Shown here: positions 19,544 through 28,741 of the stretch, piece after piece
Layout: each line of letters begins with the position of its first letter
Position numbering within the stretch: position 1 is the stretch's first letter
Position numbers and translations under genes: made by a program
NCBI GenBank assembly: GCA_051251855.1
Contig: JBPOGI010000007.1
Span: forward strand, 96,001 to 160,000
DNA from: Roseibacillus sp.
Lineage (GTDB): Bacteria; Verrucomicrobiota; Verrucomicrobiia; Verrucomicrobiales; Akkermansiaceae
Length of the DNA stretch: 64,000 nt
Reading direction: 5' to 3'
Notes under the pieces: generated by a model
What the model saw: only the letters and a program-made list of their open reading frames with translations
Told to the model about the DNA's origin: nothing
Database searches by the model: none

Positions 19544-20383
19544 ATGTCCCGCCATCTCCTTATCGCTGGAAACGGATACCTCGGCCAAGCGGTATCCGAA
19601 CAATCCCGCGCACACAACTTTAAGGTCACCACTCTTTCCAAATCAGGACAAGACTCCGACTACGCCATCGACTTCACCGACCCCCAAGCACTGCAAGACC
19701 TCGCCGAAAAAATCACCCCTCCTACCCACATTCTCGCCAGTGCCTCCTCCGGTCGCGGTGGTCCCGAAGCTTACCGCCGGGTCTTCATCGACGGCACCAC
19801 CCGACTCCTTCAAGCCTTCCCCCACGCTCACCTCACCTTCATTTCCTCCACCTCCGTCTACCGTCAAACCGACGGCAGCACCGTAGACGAAGCCAGTGAA
19901 CTCGCTGGCGAGACCGCTACCTCCGCCATTCTTCGCCAAGCCGAAAAAATCACTCTTGCTGCCGACGGCACCGCTCTCCGCCTCTCCGGAATCTACGGCC
20001 CCTATCGCAGCATCATCCTCAAGAAATTTCTCCAAGACCAAGCCACCCTCGAAGAAACCACTGATGGGCTCGGCATCCGCATTCTTAACCAAATTCACCG
20101 TGATGACGCAGCTCGCGCCATCATCCACCTCATCACCAACAACCAAACCGGCCTCTTCAACGTCACCGACAACCAACCCACCAGCCAGTTAGAAACCTAC
20201 CAACAACTCTCTCAAAAACTCTCCAAGCCCCTTCCCCCAGTCGCCCCTCCCAATCCCAACTCCAAACGCGGTTGGACCCACAAAGCCATCTCCAACGCCA
20301 AACTCCGCACCACCGACTGGACCCCATCCTATCCCGACTTTCTCTCCGCCATCGACGACCTCCTTCCCACTATCGAATTATGA
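19544..20383 (+). CDS. NAD-dependent epimerase/dehydratase (atypical SDR)
   Basis: LIAGNGYLG, FISSTSVY, LRLSGIYGP, NQIHRDDAA, K.ISNAKL. Confidence 0.88.
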   Translation: MSRHLLIAGNGYLGQAVSEQSRAHNFKVTTLSKSGQDSDYAIDFTDPQALQDLAEKITPPTHILASASSGRGGPEAYRRVFIDGTTRLLQAFPHAHLTFISSTSVYRQTDGSTVDEASELAGETATSAILRQAEKITLAADGTALRLSGIYGPYRSIILKKFLQDQATLEETTDGLGIRILNQIHRDDAARAIIHLITNNQTGLFNVTDNQPTSQLETYQQLSQKLSKPLPPVAPPNPNSKRGWTHKAISNAKLRTTDWTPSYPDFLSAIDDLLPTIEL

Positions 20384-21522
20384 CCGTCAAGACTCTCCTG
20401 CAAGACCTCGTCCGCATCCCCTCAATCAATCCCGACGCCGTTCCGAACTCCCCCTTTTCTGGCGAAGCCAAAATGGCGGCCCATCTCGCCCCTCTCCTCA
20501 CCTCTTGGGGCTTCAACGTCACCCTCGACGAAGTCCTCCCCAATCGCCCCAACCTCATCGCTCGCGCACCCGGCCCTGACAACCGGCCCCGCATCCTTCT
20601 TGGCCCTCACCTCGACACCGTCGCCGTCGACGGCATGACCATCGAACCTTTCTCCGCCGAAGAGCGAGACGGAAAAATCTGGGGCCGTGGAACCTCCGAC
20701 ACCAAAGGTCCCATGTCCTCCATGCTCACCGCCCTCTTCCAAAACAAAGACCTCCTCGCCACCCTACCCGTCGCAGTCGACTTCGTCGCCTTCATGGGCG
20801 AAGAATCTCATCAACCCGGCGCCAAACACTTCGCGCAACATCACGCCGCCGACTACGAATTCGCCCTCGTTGGCGAACCCACCTCCCTCAACTTCGTACA
20901 CACTACCAAAGGCTCCCTCTGGGCCACCGTCGCAACCACAGGCAAAGCCACCCACGCCTCCCAACCTCATCTCGGCGAAAATGCCATTCTCAAGCTCACC
21001 GCCTCCCTCGACCTCCTCAATCGCAAGCTCACCAACCGCCTCGCCACCTATACCCACCCCATCCTCGGACACTCCACCCTCAACATCGGCACCATCGCTG
21101 GCGGCAGTAGCACTAATATAGTCCCCGACCACGCCCAAGCGACCCTCGACATTCGCTTCACCCCCGACCTCCAGCAAGACGGTGGAGCCAAAAACCTACT
21201 ACAAGAACTCATCACCCAACATCGCCTTCCCCTCACCATCACCCAAGCCAGCGAAGCTCCGCCGATGGACGTCAGCGCCGACAATCCTTGGCTCAAAAAA
21301 CTCGCTGCCACTCAGGCCGGTAGCGAAGTCGGCCACCTCGTCGGCGCCCCATGGTTCTCCGATGCCGCCCACCTCAACGACGCTGGTCTCCCCGCCGTCT
21401 GCATCGGCCCCGGCTCCATAGACCAGGCCCACACCGCAAATGAGTTCATCAAAATTTCCGACCTCGAATACGGAGTCCAATTCTTTACTCATCTTATCCA
21501 AGGCCTCAGAGATGAAAAATAA
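20380..21522 (+). CDS. M20 family metallopeptidase (ArgE/DapE-like)
   Basis: HLDTV, GRGTSDTKG, GEE, GEPT, GPGSIDQAHTANE. Confidence 0.9.
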   Translation: MTVKTLLQDLVRIPSINPDAVPNSPFSGEAKMAAHLAPLLTSWGFNVTLDEVLPNRPNLIARAPGPDNRPRILLGPHLDTVAVDGMTIEPFSAEERDGKIWGRGTSDTKGPMSSMLTALFQNKDLLATLPVAVDFVAFMGEESHQPGAKHFAQHHAADYEFALVGEPTSLNFVHTTKGSLWATVATTGKATHASQPHLGENAILKLTASLDLLNRKLTNRLATYTHPILGHSTLNIGTIAGGSSTNIVPDHAQATLDIRFTPDLQQDGGAKNLLQELITQHRLPLTITQASEAPPMDVSADNPWLKKLAATQAGSEVGHLVGAPWFSDAAHLNDAGLPAVCIGPGSIDQAHTANEFIKISDLEYGVQFFTHLIQGLRDEK

Positions 21523-21585
21523 TCATCCTGCACCAGCGCATCTCCGTCTTGCATCCTCCCCACTTGGCTCTAAATTACCAAAGTC

Positions 21586-22056
21586 ATGAAAAATACACTG
21601 CTTTGCGCCTTCGCTGGTCTCGCCCTCTTCGCTGCTCCCAACCTCGGAGCACACTGCCAAGTCCCTTGCGGAATCTATGACGACAACAACGTCATTCAAT
21701 CCATGCACACCGATTGGATCACCATCGAGAAGGCAAGCAAGACCATCTTGGAGCTACAAAAGGACCCATCTGCCAACGCACACCAACTCACTCGCTGGGT
21801 CACTAACAAAGAGTCCCACGCCCAGGCCATTCAAGAAAAAGTCCTCAACTACTTCCTCGCCCAACGCCTCAAGCCCACCACCGTCGATGCAGAGGCTCCC
21901 GCCTACATCGAGAAACTCACTCTCTGCCACAAGGTCATCGTCACCGCAATGAAGTGCAAGCAGTCAACCGACCCCGAAGCCGTCGCAGAGCTTCACAACC
22001 TTCTCCACGAATTCGAAACTCAGTTCGGCACCAAAGAAGAAAAAGCCGCCGAATAA
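21586..22056 (+). CDS. sodN: Nickel superoxide dismutase with signal peptide
   Basis: Ni-hook HCQVPCGIYD directly after a 22-aa hydrophobic signal peptide; RWV..KE.HA, YFLAQR, MKCKQ. Confidence 0.9.
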   Translation: MKNTLLCAFAGLALFAAPNLGAHCQVPCGIYDDNNVIQSMHTDWITIEKASKTILELQKDPSANAHQLTRWVTNKESHAQAIQEKVLNYFLAQRLKPTTVDAEAPAYIEKLTLCHKVIVTAMKCKQSTDPEAVAELHNLLHEFETQFGTKEEKAAE

Positions 22057-22085
22057 CGACCAACTTCCATACCCTTTCAAAAGAA

Positions 22086-22118
22086 AACGAGCCCTTCAAT
22101 CGAAGGGCTCGTTTTTTT
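22086..22118. terminator. Rho-independent terminator, probably bidirectional
   Basis: AAAACGAGCCCTTC-AATC-GAAGGGCTCGTTTTTTT downstream of sodN. Confidence 0.85.
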
Positions 22119-22143
22119 GAGGGAAATGGAGACTCAAGGCGTC

Positions 22144-22273
22144 GGTAGGGTCGTTTTGATCAAGCGACAGTAAATCACCGGAAGAAGGCCAAGACACCAG
22201 CAAACAAAGAGCGCGAATGGCGCTTTACGAAGTCAGCCAACATTCGCAACCCATTTATCAAACGGTCCCTACC
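22144..22273. repeat. GTAG-type REP doublet (REPIN-like)
   Basis: Inverted termini GGTAGGGTCGTTTTGAT and (reverse complement) GGTAGGGACCGTTTGAT, each followed by an imperfect palindrome. Confidence 0.6.
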
Positions 22274-22280
22274 ATCGAGA

Positions 22281-23603
22281 CTAGTCGAGCGAATAAGCGG
22301 TCTCGCCGTGCTCCTCTTGGTCCAGGCCATTTTGCTCCGCTTCTTCAGAAACACGGAGTCCAGTCACCGCGCGAACAATAAAGACAATGACAACGGTCGC
22401 GACTATTGACCAACCAATCGTGATTGCAAGTGACTGCACTTGAACGACCAACTGGCTTCCAATGTTGAACTCGCCGCCCACGCCACCGAACATTTGATGT
22501 CCGAGAACTGCCGCAAGCAAAGTCCCCAAAATACCACCCACTCCGTGAACAGCGAAGACATCGAGAGAATCGTCAATCTTGAGGCCATTACGAACAATTC
22601 CACACATGAAGTAACAAATCACCCCCGCGAGGAAGCCGAGCAAGATCGCTCCCATCGGCCCCACCACTCCAGAGGCGGGAGTAATGGTCGCCATTCCTGC
22701 GATCATACCGGTTACGATACCCACCAATCCGGATTTACCAGTCTTGATTTTCTCAACCACAGCCCAAGTGAGCGCTGCCGTCGAAGCGGAGAGATGGGTC
22801 ACGAGCATCGTCATTCCTGCCGAACCATTGGCCTGCAGCTGACTACCGGCATTGAATCCAAACCAGCCCACCCAAAGCATGGAAGCACCGATCATGACCA
22901 TGCCGGGATTGTGTGGAGGCTGCAACTTGCTCGGGAACCCTTTGCGAGCACCTAACATTTTCGCCAAAACCAAAGCCGAAACACCGGCCGTTGCATGAAC
23001 CACAATTCCCCCCGCAAGGTCAATTGCGCCCCAGGCAAGCATGATTCCGTTGTCAGCCCAAACCCAGTGCACCGCAGGTGCATAGACAATCACCAACCAC
23101 AGCGCCGAGAAAAGCATCACTGCCGAAAACTTCATCCGCTCCACAAAAGCACCCACAATAAGACCAGGAGTAATGATCGCGAAGGTCATCTGGAACATCA
23201 CGAATACCGTCTCAGGGATATCCCCTAAACCGCCCATCGAGTTGACCCCAACCCCTTTCAAAAAGGCTTTATTGAGATCCCCAATCCAAGCATTACCACC
23301 ACTGAAGGCCAAGCTGTAGCCCACCGCCACCCAAACCAGCGACGCCAAACAAGCGACCGCAAAGCAGTGCATCAAAACGGAGAGCACGTTCTTCGACCGC
23401 ACCAACCCGCCATAGAAAAGCGCGAGTCCAGGCAAGGTCATAAAGAGCACCAAAACGGTCGCCGTAATCATCCAAGCAGTGTTCCCACTATCAAGAACCG
23501 AGGCCTCCCCTTCTTGGCCGAAGGCGGTTCCCACTCCTGCAAGCAGAAGAAACAGTGCTAGCCCAACCGGTCGATGTCGATGAATGAAATTCATAAGAGG
23601 CAT
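22281..23603 (-). CDS. amt: Ammonium transporter (AmtB-like)
   Basis: PGLALFYGGLVRSKN, FQMTFAIIT, DLAGGIVVH, LWVGWFGFNAGS, DDSLDVFAVHGVGG, GLD..EHGE.AY. Confidence 0.96.
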   Translation of the reverse strand: MPLMNFIHRHRPVGLALFLLLAGVGTAFGQEGEASVLDSGNTAWMITATVLVLFMTLPGLALFYGGLVRSKNVLSVLMHCFAVACLASLVWVAVGYSLAFSGGNAWIGDLNKAFLKGVGVNSMGGLGDIPETVFVMFQMTFAIITPGLIVGAFVERMKFSAVMLFSALWLVIVYAPAVHWVWADNGIMLAWGAIDLAGGIVVHATAGVSALVLAKMLGARKGFPSKLQPPHNPGMVMIGASMLWVGWFGFNAGSQLQANGSAGMTMLVTHLSASTAALTWAVVEKIKTGKSGLVGIVTGMIAGMATITPASGVVGPMGAILLGFLAGVICYFMCGIVRNGLKIDDSLDVFAVHGVGGILGTLLAAVLGHQMFGGVGGEFNIGSQLVVQVQSLAITIGWSIVATVVIVFIVRAVTGLRVSEEAEQNGLDQEEHGETAYSLD

Positions 23604-23689
23604 GAATTAGTAGCTAAAATCATTTTGATGGCAACCAAGGAGAGCCCCCAATGACTCGATCTCAATACTTTAAGACACCGAAACAAAGT

Positions 23690-23705
23690 TGGCACGCCCT
23701 CTGCT
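23690..23705 (+). promoter_or_regulatory. Sigma-54 (-24/-12) promoter
   Basis: TGGCACGCCCTCTGCT: GG-N10-GC with the TGGCAC core, about 40 nt upstream of the second amt. Confidence 0.75.
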
Positions 23706-23744
23706 TTTGATTGCCCGACTCATACAATCCAGTCAAGAAACAAC

Positions 23745-25100
23745 ATGATATCACCAAAATCAAAACTCCCATGGCTCCTCGCTCCTTTTGCGTTAGCGAC
23801 AACAGCCTTCGGTCAGGAAAAAGATGCTGATTATGTGGCACTTATCGAAGCCCAAGGCGACGCAGCCTATGCCTTCGATTTCTTCACAACCTCTATGCTT
23901 TGGACATGTATCGCTGCCGCGATGGTGTTCATTATGCACCTAGGTTTTGCCACTCTTGAAGCAGGCCTTACCCAGAAGAAGAACACCGTTAACATTCTTT
24001 TTAAGAACGTCTGGATTATCAGCATCGGTCTCCTGACTTATGCTGCAATGGGTTTCAACACTCACTACCCTGTCGATAGTTGGCAGATTCCTGGCATTCT
24101 TGGCATCAACGGCCCCATCTCTGGGTTGACTGGTGGTGACAACGACACCTTCACCTATGGAGGCACTGCTCTCGCCATGACCGCTTATGGTGACTTCATC
24201 TTCCAAGCCATGTTCGCAGCAACTGCAGCGACCATCGTTTCAGGTGCGGTTGCTGAGCGCGTCAAGCTCGGAGCCTTCATGATTTATTCCACCATTTTGG
24301 TGGCTGTCGGTTACACTGTTGCTGGTTCTTGGCACTGGGGTGGCGGATTCCTCAGCTCTCTCGGAGGCGAAGACGGCACTGCCTTCTACGACTTCGCTGG
24401 TTCTACTGTCGTTCACGGATTTGGTGGCGCAGCGGCACTCGCAGCTGTTATCATTCTTGGACCACGCAACGGAAAATATACTGCGAATGGCATCAAGCCT
24501 ATCCTCGGACACTCCATGCCTTTGGCTGCAGTGGGCGTATTCCTTCTCTTCTTCGGATGGTTTGGCTTCAACGGTGGTTCAGTCCTCTCTGCGAATCCTG
24601 GACCTCTCGGTCTTGTCTTCACTACCACTGCTTTGGCAGCGGCTGCGGGCGGAGTTGCCTCCATTCTCGTTTCCATGATTGTTCTCAAGAAGCCTGACCT
24701 CTCTATGGCACTCAACGGTCTCCTCGCAGGATTGGTCTCCATTACTGCAGGTGCTGATTCGGTTGGACCTTGGTTCGCCGTCCTCATGGGTGCTGTCGGT
24801 GGAGTCATCGTGGTATTCTCCATCCTCTTCTTCGACAAAATCAAGATTGATGACCCAGTGGGTGCCATTTCGGTTCACGGTGTCGTCGGTATTTGGGGAA
24901 CACTTGCGGTGGCCTTCTTCGGAGGTGCGAGCTTTGTCTCACAGCTCATCGGAGTCGTCAGCGTCTACTCATTCGCCTTCATCTTCTCCTTCGCCCTCTT
25001 CTTCATCATCAAGCTCATCATGGGCGTTCGCGTCAGCGAGGAAGAAGAAGCAGAAGGTCTCGACGTTGCAGAGCACGGAGTTCCTGCATATACCGACTAG
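23745..25100 (+). CDS. amt: Ammonium transporter (second, divergent paralog)
   Basis: MHLGFATLEAG, FQAMFAATAATIVSGAVAER, DFAGSTVVH, GWFGFNGGS, IDDPVGAISVHG. Confidence 0.96.
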   Translation: MISPKSKLPWLLAPFALATTAFGQEKDADYVALIEAQGDAAYAFDFFTTSMLWTCIAAAMVFIMHLGFATLEAGLTQKKNTVNILFKNVWIISIGLLTYAAMGFNTHYPVDSWQIPGILGINGPISGLTGGDNDTFTYGGTALAMTAYGDFIFQAMFAATAATIVSGAVAERVKLGAFMIYSTILVAVGYTVAGSWHWGGGFLSSLGGEDGTAFYDFAGSTVVHGFGGAAALAAVIILGPRNGKYTANGIKPILGHSMPLAAVGVFLLFFGWFGFNGGSVLSANPGPLGLVFTTTALAAAAGGVASILVSMIVLKKPDLSMALNGLLAGLVSITAGADSVGPWFAVLMGAVGGVIVVFSILFFDKIKIDDPVGAISVHGVVGIWGTLAVAFFGGASFVSQLIGVVSVYSFAFIFSFALFFIIKLIMGVRVSEEEEAEGLDVAEHGVPAYTD

Positions 25101-25130
25101 TCTCACTAAATTTCACTTAGTTCATACAAG

Positions 25131-25158
25131 AAAGCGACCGGGTAACCGGTCGCTTTTT
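25131..25158 (+). terminator. Rho-independent terminator
   Basis: AAAGCGACCGG-GTAA-CCGGTCGCTTTTT after the amt stop. Confidence 0.85.
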
Positions 25159-25194
25159 CTTTGCCCCCTGCTCTCTTTCCCTTATCTCACTTAT

Positions 25195-25938
25195 ATCCAC
25201 CTTCTCATCGACAACTCCAACACCCGCACCAAGTTCGCACTCGCCAACGGCTCAGAACTCCTCGACTGGCGCGCAGTGATTCCAACCACCGAACTTTCGC
25301 CAGAGTCCATTCAGCAGAACCTCCCCTCTCAGACCATCTCCCGTGCGACCATCTGTTCCGTCGTCCCCGAGAAAGCGGCCCTCCTTGCGGAGACCCTTTC
25401 ACTCGCCGGCATCCCCTCTCATCAGGTCAGCCATCTCAGCAAACTCCCCATCACTGTTGACTACCCCCATCCTCATCAAATTGGTCCCGATCGACTTGCA
25501 AACGCCGCCGCCATCGCCCCCCTGAAAAAATCGGCCATCGTGATCGACTTTGGCACCGCAGTCACCTTTGACGTCGTCTCTGCAACAAACAGCGGCACCT
25601 ATCTCGGTGGAGTCATCGCCCCCGGACTGGGAGCCCTCTGTAGTGATCTCCACCAACGCACCGCCCTTCTTCCCCGCATCGACTTAGCAGAACCCGCCAG
25701 CGCTATCGGCAAGTCAACCGAACACGCCATGCAAGTCGGCGCCGTTATTGGCTACCGAGGACTCATTCGCGAAATCCTATCTGCCCTTGCGAAAGAACTC
25801 CCCGAATCCCCCTCTATCCACGCCACCGGAGGCGACGCCGCACTCATAGCCTCCGGAATGCCTGAAATCAAAAATGTGAATTCAAATCTCACCCTGTTAG
25901 GCATTCAAAGAATCGGAGACCTGAACGAGGCAAAATAA
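25195..25938 (+). CDS. coaX: Type III pantothenate kinase; no canonical start codon in frame
   Basis: LLIDNSNTRTKF, CSVVP, IGPDRLANA, VIDFGTAVTFD, GGVIAPG, TALLP, IGKST, ATGGDA. The start is placed at an in-frame ATC by inference. Confidence 0.88.
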   Translation: MHLLIDNSNTRTKFALANGSELLDWRAVIPTTELSPESIQQNLPSQTISRATICSVVPEKAALLAETLSLAGIPSHQVSHLSKLPITVDYPHPHQIGPDRLANAAAIAPLKKSAIVIDFGTAVTFDVVSATNSGTYLGGVIAPGLGALCSDLHQRTALLPRIDLAEPASAIGKSTEHAMQVGAVIGYRGLIREILSALAKELPESPSIHATGGDAALIASGMPEIKNVNSNLTLLGIQRIGDLNEAK

Positions 25939-25983
25939 GAAGCACTACTTGCACACCACAATATCATCTGCCTAACGTTCGCA

Positions 25984-26418
25984 ATGGGTTTTGGCATTGC
26001 TTACAGCAGTCAGGCACTCACTGACTTTGACGACGAAACTCTTTTGGAGCTCGCCGACAATTCAGCTGCTAAAAATGAAAAGTCGGGAATCAGCGGTTAT
26101 CTCTACTATCGCAACGGACTCTTTTTGCAGTATCTCGAGGGCGAGCAACAAAATGTCGAAAACTTGATGGCTAGAATCGCCATCGATCCTCGCCATAACG
26201 TCCTCTCAACCGTTCCCCTAGCCATCGGATCCAAACGTATCTTTCCTCACTGGTATATGCGCTTTCTTGGGAGCAATCTTCCCCACAACAACGCCCCTAC
26301 CCTCGAAGACGAACTCATTTTTATTCTGGAAACGACCGCCAAGGAGCACTACAGCAACGATGAAGTCGCCGATGCGATTTTACACGTGACCCAGCGTATC
26401 GCTCGCCTCGACTGGTAA
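25984..26418 (+). CDS. BLUF-domain blue-light sensor protein
   Basis: IAYSS, N...GISGYL, FLQYLEG, I..DPRH, R.FP.W.M; the conserved Tyr/Gln/Trp/Met are present. Confidence 0.9.
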   Translation: MGFGIAYSSQALTDFDDETLLELADNSAAKNEKSGISGYLYYRNGLFLQYLEGEQQNVENLMARIAIDPRHNVLSTVPLAIGSKRIFPHWYMRFLGSNLPHNNAPTLEDELIFILETTAKEHYSNDEVADAILHVTQRIARLDW

Positions 26419-26445
26419 ACCCAACCCGCGTTTCACCTCAACCTC

Positions 26446-27768
26446 ATGCCCTCTCTTCGAAAGACCGCCACCTCGGTGGCTTCCCGCCTCATCGAAGCGG
26501 GTCATGAAGCCCTCTTCGCAGGAGGCTGTGTCCGCGATCAACTCCTCAAGCAGCGCCCCAAGGACTTCGATATCGCCACTTCCGCCACTCCCGAGCAAGT
26601 GCAAGCCCTCTTCGAAAACACCAACGCCGTGGGTGCCCACTTCGGCGTGATTCTCGTCAAAGAAAACGGACATCACCTCGAGATCGCCACCTTTCGCCAC
26701 GACGGATCCTACCACGACGGCCGCCGCCCCGAATCCGTCACTTTCACCACCGCCAAGGAGGATGCCCGCCGCCGCGACTTCACCATCAATGGCCTCTTCC
26801 AAAACCCCCTCACTGACGAGATTCTCGACTACGTCGACGGCCAAGAGGACCTCTCTAACAAAGTCCTTCGCGCCATCGGAGATCCCAACGTCCGTTTTCA
26901 AGAAGACGCCCTCCGCCTCCTCCGTGCCGTTCGCTTTGCAGTGAAAACTAATTTCACCATCGAAGAAGACACTTGGCAGGCAATACAGAGCAACGCCGAG
27001 CTCTTAGATAAAATTTCTCCCGAACGTATCCGCGACGAATTCTCTCGTATCATCGCTCATCCTCGGCGCGCCCTTGGGCTCCAACTTCTCCTCGATTCCG
27101 GCCTCTTGCAACGCTTTCTCCCCGAAGCCCTCCCTCTTGTCGGTTGCGAACAGCCTCCCCAGTGGCACCCCGAAGGAGACGTCTACACTCACACCAAGAT
27201 TGCCCTCGATCTCCTCCCCGACGACGCGCCCCTTGAGCTCTGCCTCGGGGTTCTCCTTCACGATATCGGCAAACCTCCGACCTATACTTGGGACGAGAAA
27301 GATCAACGCATTCGCTTCTCTGGCCATGATGCCGTCGGCGCCGAAATGGCCGAAGAAATCCTGCGCAGGCTTCGCTACTCCAACGACACCATCGCCAACG
27401 TTAAGGAGATGGTCGCGCGGCACATGCAATTCATGAACGTACAGGACATGCGCGCGGCGAAACTCAAGCGCTTCATGGCGCGCCCTACTTTCCCTTTAGA
27501 GCTCCAACTCCACCAAGTCGATTGCGCCTCCTCCAACGGCTTCACCGACAACTTCGATTTTCTTAGCGAAAAGGTCGAAGAGTTCGCCAACGAGCCCATC
27601 ATTCCTCCTCCTCTCGTCACCGGAAAGGACCTCATTACAAGGGGTCTTGAGCCCGGGCCCATGTTTCGGGAAATCCTCGATGAGATTCAAAATCAACAGC
27701 TTGAAGGGACAATCAAAGACCGCGATGATGCTTTAAGGTTGATTCCTAACCTTTTACGACGACAGTAA
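26446..27768 (+). CDS. cca: CCA tRNA nucleotidyltransferase with HD domain
   Basis: AGGCVRD.LL...PKDFDIATSA, EDARRRDFTING, EDALRLLRAVRF, HPEGDVYTH, LLHDIGKP. Confidence 0.9.
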   Translation: MPSLRKTATSVASRLIEAGHEALFAGGCVRDQLLKQRPKDFDIATSATPEQVQALFENTNAVGAHFGVILVKENGHHLEIATFRHDGSYHDGRRPESVTFTTAKEDARRRDFTINGLFQNPLTDEILDYVDGQEDLSNKVLRAIGDPNVRFQEDALRLLRAVRFAVKTNFTIEEDTWQAIQSNAELLDKISPERIRDEFSRIIAHPRRALGLQLLLDSGLLQRFLPEALPLVGCEQPPQWHPEGDVYTHTKIALDLLPDDAPLELCLGVLLHDIGKPPTYTWDEKDQRIRFSGHDAVGAEMAEEILRRLRYSNDTIANVKEMVARHMQFMNVQDMRAAKLKRFMARPTFPLELQLHQVDCASSNGFTDNFDFLSEKVEEFANEPIIPPPLVTGKDLITRGLEPGPMFREILDEIQNQQLEGTIKDRDDALRLIPNLLRRQ

Positions 27769-27844
27769 TTTCTCACTTGGGATTTTTAGCATCTACATAA
27801 CCCCCCTCTTATGCTAAAGGCTTCTTAAGTATTATCCAAAACCC

Positions 27845-28741
27845 ATGAAAACCTTACTCCCTATCTTCTTATTGCTCCCTTCTCTGGCGGTCGCGCAGTC
27901 AGACATTGACAGCTTCTCTGCCGCAACCAATGACCGCTTCGCCAACGATCCGTCATTTATAGGCTCTGCCTTCGATTTCTCAGGTATCGGCCGGACCACC
28001 CAAAACAATGGCCGATGGGCAACCCTCATTGCAGATAACGTCTATATCACAGCCAACCACTTCCGAGCTTCGGGAGCTGTCACGTTCTACGAACAGGACA
28101 ACACTACCTCCCACGTGCGCTCGTTTGCCGGAGGAATGAGGATTGGCTCTACCGATTTCTATCTCGGCTATTTTGCCACACCCCTTCCAACTACGATCGC
28201 GCGCTATGATTTCACCACCATCCCCATCAACACTCCCGAATTCCCAGTCCCACTTCCCGGCCCGGAATTCGCCTACACCGTAGGTTTGACCCCATCGACG
28301 GGTGGATACGCCAACAACGACCTCACGAACATGGCGGTAGGTGAAAATCGCGTCGAGTATTACCAAGCCGACTCCGACCTCACTAATGGGGCAGGAACCG
28401 TGATTGCAACGACCGACTCCGTCTACACGATTCAGAATGAGCCCACCGACCCTGGATTCACCTACGAGACCCACGAATCTGCAGCCAATGGAGGCGACTC
28501 TGGTTCTCCTCTCCTCGTCGTCGATGGCGGAGAACTCGTTCTCTGGGGTGTTGCCGGTGGAGAAGGAAGTATCAACCTTGCTGGAGGAACTCGTGATCTG
28601 TCCGTATACTCCTACACCGGCAACTACGCCACCGAGATTCAGGACTTTATCGACATCAACCTCGTCCCCATCCCTGAGCCCTCCACGATTCTTCTTCTGG
28701 GACTCTCAGGACTTTCCTTCCTCACGCGCCGACGCTCTTAA
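27845..28741 (+). CDS. PEP-CTERM-sorted trypsin-like serine protease-domain protein
   Basis: Signal peptide; TANH, TDF, GDSGSP; C-terminal IPEPSTILLLGLSGLSFLTRRRS. Confidence 0.85.
   Translation: MKTLLPIFLLLPSLAVAQSDIDSFSAATNDRFANDPSFIGSAFDFSGIGRTTQNNGRWATLIADNVYITANHFRASGAVTFYEQDNTTSHVRSFAGGMRIGSTDFYLGYFATPLPTTIARYDFTTIPINTPEFPVPLPGPEFAYTVGLTPSTGGYANNDLTNMAVGENRVEYYQADSDLTNGAGTVIATTDSVYTIQNEPTDPGFTYETHESAANGGDSGSPLLVVDGGELVLWGVAGGEGSINLAGGTRDLSVYSYTGNYATEIQDFIDINLVPIPEPSTILLLGLSGLSFLTRRRS

Noticed and set aside
24679..25194. N-terminal extension of coaX in the 419-aa ORF
   Set aside because: It overlaps amt out of frame and crosses its terminator; not protein-like.
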